A stretch of 64,000 bases of DNA from the human T2T-CHM13v2.0 reference genome, Homo sapiens. Within the stretch, counting starts at the first letter, position 1. Each line of letters opens with the position of its first letter. The stretch is from assembly GCF_009914755.1 (NCBI RefSeq), contig NC_060930.1; one strand, given 5' to 3'. Shown here piece after piece: positions 55,862 to 64,000 of the stretch. Under the pieces are notes generated by a model that searched no databases, was not told the DNA's origin, and saw only the letters and a program-made list of their open reading frames with translations. Made by a program: the position numbers and the translations under genes.

Positions 55862-57770
55862 GTTTAAGTTGGCACAATCACTTTGGAAATCATATTATTA
55901 TTATCTAGTATGGTTAAAGGCCATACAACATATCATCCAATCATCCCACTCCTAATCATACACTCTGCGGGCTTTCTTGCCTATGTGCCCAGGAGACATG
56001 CACACTAATGTTTATGGCAAGAACTGGAATCAGCTACATATATATCAATAGAAAACTAGTGCAATTATGGTATAACCATAAAATGTAAACCTTCAGCAGT
56101 AAAAACGAATGAATGACAGCCTCCCACACCACAGATAACTCCTATATGTAATGTGCATCATGGGAAAATAAATGCAGTAGGAATTTGCTGTACTGGAAGC
56201 TTAAAAACCATCAAAACTAACTAATATTTGGATTGGGGATATATCTATACTTATTACACAAATCCTTAAAGAAACTCTATAATTTCTTTATAGATATTAT
56301 GAAAACAGCAAGGTACTGGTACAAAAACAGGCACATAGACCAATGGAACAGAACAGAGAACTCAGAAATAAGACCACACATCTAAATAAAGGAATAATAA
56401 TCACAAGACTCAGGGTGGAGTCTCCTTTTGGGGGATGTGAATGGGCAGCAGCCCAGGGTAGTTTACAGGTTCTGTGTTTTACAACAGTGCTGGCTAAAGT
56501 CCAAACAACATATCATCCATTCCCTTTTAAAATGGAACTTTTAAAATAAATGTGTAATACTTGATGTTGATGATGTGTTCTGAAAACATTGAGTTGAAAG
56601 AATTGACTTAAATTCCTAATTCCTTAAATAGATTTTTTCAAAGTAAAATATGCTTGGTTTTTATAAAAATGAAAGAGAAAAGAATACCAAAGTTCATTGC
56701 AAGCATCCTTAACAAGAACTACTTACATTGGAACAAAACCACACAGAATTGTAAGGAGCCATGTGACAGAGAGGACCACGAGGCCATGAAAATGGCTTTG
56801 GCTACAAATAGGTCATTTGATCCTTGGCTCACTGGCATCTCTGTAGATTTTCATGTATACAATCTTCAATCTGATGTGCAAGGTAATTCCATCTTGCAAA
56901 GGATTTGATGTTACATTCTACCACACATACCACTGAATTAAACTTTTACAGAATTGGAAATGCACATCATTGATCAAAATAAATGAAACAAGAAAAGAGT
57001 AGAAAGGAATAACCAGTGATGGAATAGCAATATGAATAGAAAACACAATAGGACTGCGAAAACAAAGAAACAAACAAAACCACTTCAGAAGCACCTGATG
57101 GCATGCTATTTAGAATCATAGTGGTGTCCAAATCACTTCTATCACATATCATTCAATATCACAACAAAAGATGTTAAGTGTATTATAGAATGCCGATCGA
57201 ATAGCCAGTTATCGAAAAAACTAGTTTCTCAATTCGAGCTAACAATTTCGTGATACTGCATCAAACCGAAGTTATTGGCATGCTAGATGTGTTGACTGAA
57301 GTATGAGATTCACATCTTTGTAAATGAAAAGCAATCTGATTAAGCAATATTTTTCTAAGTGAAAGCAAGTTAATTAGAGAAAGAAACAAAGGATGGCTAC
57401 TCCAGAGACAGAGCAGTACTTCTTTTTTTAAGTGTAGGCAAATGTTTTTTGGAAGACGATATTTCAATAAGAAAACTGGCACTAGGGGCATACTTCCCCT
57501 AAATTTGAGACATTTTAGACAAAACAAAGACTTATTTTCAAGGCATTATTTTTATAGCACTAAAGTCTTGGAACTATTTGATCTAGTTATTCTATGTTCT
57601 CAACTGTGTTAACTCATTGAAGAGAACATTGCTGTTATTAAAGATATTGGCAAGAAAAACTCAGAGATACTGTTGTATCTCCTTTCTCTGCCTCAAACTG
57701 TTTTCCCCTCAACACCTAAGGCTCTGTGATGTCTCAAACTTTTAGTCATTAATTTAAAAAGTGAAGCTTA

Positions 57771-59321
57771 TCATAGAATTAGAAAAAAACTATTTTAAAA
57801 TTCATATGGATCCAAAAAAGAGCTCCTATAGCCAGAAGAATCCTAAGCAAAAAGAACAAAGCTGGAGGCATGAGGCTACCTGACTTAAAACTATACTACA
57901 AGGCTACAGTAACTGAAACAGCAAGGTACTGGTACAAAAACAGGCACATAGACCAATGGAACAGAATAGAGAACTCAGAAATAAGACCACACATCTAAAA
58001 CCCTGTGATCTTCAATGAGCCTGACAAAAATAAGCAATGGGCAAAGGATTCCCTATTTAACAAATGGTGCTGGGAGAACTGGCTAGCAATCTGCAGAAAA
58101 TTGAAACTGGACTCCTTCCTTACACCTTGCCCAAAAATTAACTTAAGATGGATTAAAGACTTAAATGTAAATCCCAAAACTATAAAAACCCTGGAAGAAA
58201 ATCTAGGCAATACCAATCAGGACATAGGGATGGGCAAAGATTTTATGATGAAAATGCCAAAAGCAACTGCCACAAAAGCAAAAATTGACAAATGGGATCT
58301 AATTAAACAAAAGAGCTTCTGTAGAGTGAAAGAAACTATTATCAGAGTGAACAGACATTTCTCCCAGAATGGGAGAAAATTTTTGCAGTCTGTCCACCTG
58401 ACAAAGGTCTCATATTCAGAAGCTACAAAGAACTTAAGCAAATTTACACCAAAAAAAAAGCTTCATTAAAAAGTGGACAAAGGACCTAAACAGACACTTC
58501 TCAAAAGAAGACATACATGTGGCCAATAAACATAAGAAAAAAAGCTAAACATCACTGATCATTAGAAAAATGCAAATCAATACTACAATGAGATACCATC
58601 TCATGCCAGTCAGAATGGCAATTATTAAAAGTCAAGAAACAACAGATGCTGGCAAGGTTGCAGAGAAATAGGAAGGCTTTTACACTGTTGGTGGAAATGT
58701 AAATTGGTTCAACCATTGTGGAAGACAGTGTGGCAATTCCTCAAAGATTTAGAACCAGAAATACCATTTGACCCAGCAATCCCATTAAAGGTTATATACC
58801 CAAAGGAATATAAATCATTCTATTATAAAGGTATATGCATGTGTATGTTCATTGCAGCACTATTCACAATAGCAAAGACATGGAATCAACCCAAATGCCC
58901 ACCAGTGAGGAACTGGATAAAGAAAATATGGTACATATACACCACGGAATATTATGCAACCATAAAAAGGAATGAGATCAAGTCCTTTGCAGAGATACGA
59001 ATGAAGCTGGAAGCCATTATCCTCAGCAAACTCACACAGGAACAGAAAACCAAACACCGCATGTTCTCACTTATAATTGGGAACTGAGCAATGAGAATAC
59101 ATGGAACCAGGGAGAGGAAAAACACACAATGGGGCCTGTTCGGGGAGGGCAGTGATGGGGGGATCATTAGGAAAAATAGCTAATGAATGCCAGGGTTAAC
59201 ACCTAGGTGATGGGTTGATAGGTACAGCCAACCACCATGGCACATGATTACCTATGTAACAAACCTGCACATCCTGCACATGTACCCTGGAACTTAAAAT
59301 TAAATTAAATTAAATTAAATT
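57771..59321 (+). mobile_element. 5'-truncated L1PA about 4.3 kb upstream of HLA-G (position of the reported HLA-G L1 silencer)
   Basis: ORF2 3' end, 3'UTR and (taaat)n tail. TSD aaaagtgaagctta / aaaagataagctta (59322-59335). Confidence 0.9.
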
Positions 59322-59506
59322 AAAAGATAAGCTTAAAGCATTAAAGAAAAATAATTAGATAAAAGAAGTCTTTGATTTACAAAATCCTGAAACAATAGTT
59401 TTAATTTTGCTTTTAACATATACGTAAGTCCTTTAGTACAGCTCTCTTTCAGAGGTGCAGCTTAATTCCCTCTCTTAAGTGTGGCTTGGACTTAATGATG
59501 CACTTC

Positions 59507-60115
59507 TGATATGGCCTATCTCTGTGTTCCCACCCAAATCTCATTTTGAATTGTCATGCGAATTCTGATCCCCACATATTGGCGGCGGGACTTCATGGGA
59601 GGTGATCGAATCATGGGGATGATTCCCCCAAGCTGTGGAAGTCAGCGGTTGAACCTATTTTTCCTAATGCTCCCCTCAGCACTGCCCTCCCATAATAGGC
59701 TCCAGTGTGTGATGTTCCTCTCCCTGTGTCCATGTGTTCTCATTGCTCAGCTCCCAGTTATAAGTGAGAACATGTGGTGTTTGGTTTCCTGTTCCTGTGT
59801 TAGCTTGCTGAGGATAATGGCTTCCAGCTTCATCCATATCCCTGCAAAGGACTTGATCTCATTCCTTTTTATGGCTGCATAATATCCATGGTGTATATGT
59901 ACCATATAAGGGGATTTTCCCCACTTCACTCTGCATTTTTCTCTCCTGCCACCATGTGAAGAATGACACGTTTGCTTCCCCTTCTGCCATGATTGTAAGT
60001 TTCCTGGGGCAGCCTCCTCAGCCATGCACAATTGCGAGTCAACTAAACCTCTTGCCTTTATAAATTACCCAGTCTCAGGTATTTCTTTATAGCAGTGTGA
60101 GAACAGACTAATACA
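59507..60115 (+). mobile_element. MST solo LTR containing an inverted L1 piece
   Basis: Same termini and ACTTC TSD as the paralogues. 59655-59906 is antisense L1. Confidence 0.88.
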
Positions 60116-60640
60116 ACTTCTAACTGATAGAGTAATGCTGACATAACAGTTTGTGACTCTGGGTGTAGAATGTGAAACTCACTATGGCTTCCACCTTCTC
60201 TCTCTCTGTCTCTGGGATCATGAGCTCTTGGGGACCCAGCTGCTGTGCCATAAGCAGCCCTGCAGGAAGGTCCATGTGGCTAAGAACTGAGGTCCCCTGG
60301 GACCAGACAGCAAGGAACTAGGCTTTTCCAACAGCCATGTGACTAAGCCATGTTTCATGTGAATCCTCAGCCCCAGTGAAGCCCTCAGACGATGCAGCCC
60401 TAGGCTGACAACTGGACTGCAACCTTGTGAGAGGCCCTGAGCCAGAAGCACTCAGGAAAACCGCTCCTGGATTCCTGACCATTAGAAACTGTGGGAGATG
60501 ATGAATATTTGCTGTTTTGAGCTGCTAAGTTTTACATAATTTGTTACACAATAGTAAATAACTAATACATTTTCACAAGAGAGGATGTATTATTACACGT
60601 TAATTTGCATTTGCTCTAAATTTATCATCATCATATTACT

Positions 60641-60926
60641 ATTTTTGAGACAGGGTCTTGCTCTGTCACCCAGGCTGGAGTGCAGTGGCATGATCACCAT
60701 GCACTGCAGTGTCGACCTCCTGGGCTCAAGGGATCCTCTGATCTCAGCCTCTTGAGTAGCTGGGACTATAGGCATGAATTAACATGCCTGGCTAATTTTC
60801 TAATTTTTTTGTAGAGATGGGGGTTTCACCATGTTGCCCAGGCTGATCTTGAACTTCTGGAGTCAAATCTGCCTTCCTCTGCCTTCAACAGTGCTAGGAT
60901 TGCAGGCGTGAGCCACCACACCTGGT
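60641..60926 (-). mobile_element. AluJ-type, antisense
   Basis: tttttgagacagggtcttgctctgtcacccagg...gccaccacacctggtc. Confidence 0.88.
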
Positions 60927-61623
60927 CTAAATTAACTATAAGATATTAAACATGTAACTTAGTTTTAAAAGGAAAGGAGAAGTTCCACGGCTGAAGAGGA
61001 TGTATTTTATTACTATTCATAATGATCACTTTACTTGAACTTCAGTTTCCAACTGTGTCCAAATTAAACACAAAAGGAAGATCCAGCCCTTCCTGGGCTG
61101 ATTCTATCATGGCTCCCAACAACCAGCTCCTGGTCATTCACCTTCCCCCAGTTATTCAACCAACTCTAATGTAGGTGCTGCTGTGAAGGGATTTAGCAGA
61201 TATAATTAAGGGCCTCAATTAGTTGACTTTAGGCTGAGTTTATCCTGCTTGGACTGTCCTAATAAGGAGAGTCCTTGAAAGGACTGGGTTCTTCCTGAGC
61301 ATAGAGATTCACAGTGTGAGAGGGATTCAGCATGAGGGGTTTCCTCCACTGTGGGCTTTGAAAATGAAGGGGCTGTGTAGGAAAGAACGCTGGTGGGCAC
61401 CATGCATTAAGTGCAGCCCTCCCTGTTCTCTACAGTGACAGCCAGTGAGGAACAGGGACCTCAGTCTTACAACTGCCAGAAACTGCATTCTGCCACCTCT
61501 GTATAAGCCTGAAGGAGGATTCAAAATGAAAACACAGGTTTAGGAAGACCGGAACAGAGATTCCATCCACATCATGCCCAGATTTCTGATTAAGAAACTA
61601 TAAACAACAAATGGGTGTTATTT

Positions 61624-61910
61624 GGCCAGGCGTGGTAGTGCACACCTGTATCCTAACATTTGAGGAGCTGACACAGGAGGAACACTTGCAGCCAGGACTT
61701 TGAGACCAGCTAGGATAATATAGTGAGACACTCGTCTCTACATTTCTCTTTAATTAGCTGGGCATGGTGGCACTTGCCTGCAGTCCTAGCTACTCTGAAG
61801 ACTGAGGTAGGAGGGTCCCTTGAGCCCAGGAATTTGAGGCTGCAGTGAGCCATGATCATGTGACTGCACTTCATCCTGGATGACAGAGGGAGACTCTGTA
61901 TCTAAAAATA
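61624..61910 (+). mobile_element. AluJ-type
   Basis: ggccaggcgtggtagtgcacacctg...; TSD aaatgggtg(t/c)t(a/g)ttt. Confidence 0.85.
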
Positions 61911-62239
61911 AATCAATGAATACAATAAATGGGTGCTGTTTAAAGCCAATGTTTGTGACAATTTGTTACCCAGTCTTATAAAATTCATACACAGACTCAA
62001 AAGACTCCTGGAATGAACTGATGAATTGATACGCACACTAGTTACATAAAATAAAATCTTTTTTAACTTTTTCAGTGTTTTACATTTTATAATTTTCTGT
62101 GATGCAATTTAATACACTCATAATTCATTCATTCAGCCAAGAAAAAATAATTTAGTCCCTACAATGAACCAGGTATGCCCTCATATGCTCAAGTGCCTGA
62201 CATTCTAGAAGCTTCACAAGAATGAGGTGGAGCCACTGG

Positions 62240-63645
62240 AGTGTTTTAGGTGGAGAAATGACACACTCTGACTCATAGTAGCAGGACCACTATAGAGAGA
62301 ACACTCATGTAGCAGGTCATGGAACAGTGCTAGAGCCACAATTCAGGAGTGAGAGGGTGGTGGGGATTAAGGGGAGAAGAGGGCCTGAGGGATGAGAGGG
62401 ACGGAGGGAAGGGCTGGAGGAGCAGGAGGTGAGGAAAAGGAGCAGAGGAAAGAATTCCAAAGCAGCGGAACTCTTAGGTTTAAACACATTGTTTTATAGA
62501 TTTTATTACATCCATCTACAGAGCCTCGCTGGGTGTTCTTTGCAGTTGGCCTTTAATATCTTATGTGGGTCTGCCTAGAAACTAATTGTTTTTTATGTTA
62601 ATCAGGTTTAAAAAATACTAAGTATTCCTAAAAAATATACACTCCACTCACATGTGGATACTTCCTAAAAACAGGCAGTGCATGAGCACTAGTGAGGGGC
62701 ATTGTGACTGCACTGAACACTTACAACTGTGAGGTGAATAAAGTTTGTGCTGGCTCCTGGTTGCAACATATAGTAACATAGTGTGGTACTTTGTCTTGAG
62801 GAGATGTCCTGGACTCACACGGAAACTTAGGGCTACGGAATGAAGGTAAATTTAAAATAAAACAAGCGGGAGTCACAGATACATTGTCTGGGAAAGTGAA
62901 ACTTAAGAGCTTTGTGAGTCCTGTTGTAAGGCTTTTAGATGCATTTATATACCAACGGGCCAAAGTCACATTTTTTACCTATTAGATTCCTGATCATTCA
63001 GGGGTTACCAAGATTATGCTACCCACTATAGTTAATAAACAAAAAGCAAACTGGTCTCTATTCTATCTCATGCACTCAGGCACAACTTTTCCAGATTTAA
63101 GGGGGAAAAAAAACCCTGTCTTTACACCTACAATCCCAGGGCGAGCTCACTCTCTGGCACCAAGCTCCGTGGGGTGATTTTTCTTCTAGAAGAGTACAGG
63201 AGGACAGGCAAGGAGTGGGAGGCAGGGAGTCCAGTTCAGGGACAGGGATTCCGGGATGAAAAGTGAAGGGAGAGGGACAGGGACCTTGCCGAGGGTTTCT
63301 CCCTGGTTTCTCAGACAGCTCCTGGGCCAAGACTCAGGGAGACACTGAGACAGAACGCTTGGCACAAGAGTAGCGGGGTCAGGGCGAAGTCCCAGGGCCT
63401 CAAGCGTGGCTCTCAGGGTCTCAGGCCCCACAGGCGGTGTATGGATTGGGGAGGCCCCGCGTTGGGGATTCTCTCCTCCTTCTCCTAACCTGTGTCGGGT
63501 CCTTCTTCCTGGATACTCACCGGGCGGCCCCAGTTCTCACTCCCATTAGGTGACAGGTTTTTAGAGAAGCCAATCAGCGTCGCCGCGGTCCTGGTTCTAA
63601 AGTCCTCGCTCACCCACCCGGACTCATTCTCCCCAGACGCCAAGG
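62240..63645 (+). promoter_or_regulatory. HLA-G: HLA-G 5' upstream regulatory region
   Basis: TGACTCA 62269-62275 (CRE/TRE ~-1375), ISRE-like GGAAAGTGAAACT 62891-62903, HSE TTCTAGAA 63184-63191, altered kB1 GGGGATTCTC 63464-63473 with the proximal ISRE deleted, mutated Y box ATTAG 63545, CCAAT 63570-63574, TCTAAA 63596-63601. Confidence 0.9.
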
Positions 63646-63718
63646 ATGGTGGTCATGGCACCCCGAACCCTCTTCCTGCTACTCTCGGGGGCCCTGACCC
63701 TGACCGAGACCTGGGCGG
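63646..63718 (+). CDS. HLA-G: HLA-G leader peptide exon
   Basis: [24 protein letters not shown], 73 nt, followed by GTGAG donor. Intron 63719-63847 is 129 nt. Confidence 0.98.
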
Positions 63719-63847
63719 GTGAGTGCGGGGTCAGGAGGGAAACGGCCCCTGCGCGGAGGAGGGAGGGGCCGGCCCGGCGGGGGCGCAGGACCCGGCAGCC
63801 GCGCCGGGAGGAGGGTCGGGCGGGTCTCAACCTCTCCTCGCCCCCAG

Positions 63848-64000
63848 GCTCCCACTCCATGAGGTATTTCAGCGCCGCCGTGTCCCGGCCCGGCCGCGGG
63901 GAGCCCCGCTTCATCGCCATGGGCTACGTGGACGACACGCAGTTCGTGCGGTTCGACAGCGACTCGGCGTGTCCGAGGATGGAGCCGCGGGCGCCGTGGG
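63848..64000 (+). CDS. HLA-G: HLA-G alpha1 exon (runs off the window end)
   Basis: [51 protein letters not shown], with the HLA-G-specific Cys42 and codon 31 ACG. Confidence 0.98.

Overview
Human (primate) genomic DNA from the MHC class I alpha block (6p22.1), between HLA-F and HLA-G, on the HLA-G sense strand. The only conventional protein-coding sequence is the 5' end of HLA-G (ATG 63646; leader exon and part of exon 2), on a G010102-type promoter haplotype. Upstream lie the class I pseudogenes HLA-V (promoter, exons 1-2, half of exon 3) and HLA-P (exons 3-7), an antisense RPL7A processed pseudogene nested in a MaLR LTR, a MIC terminal-exon remnant (MICG), three HERV16/HCP5-like segments, a near-full-length dead L1PA and many Alu/MaLR/L1 pieces. 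These form four paralogous duplicon copies. Main observations: (1) HLA-V exons 1-2 and HLA-P exons 3-6 are each stop-free and phase-compatible, so a read-through splice could encode a membrane class I-like chain. (2) The HLA-G copy alone carries a cluster of locally templated insertions, including a ~250-bp inverted repeat in its upstream L1. (3) The large L1 has no TSD and joins two duplicon copies, suggesting a deleted class I gene. (4) One HCP5 paralogue keeps a long ORF. Repeat family names and gene symbols were recognised from memory, not by database search.
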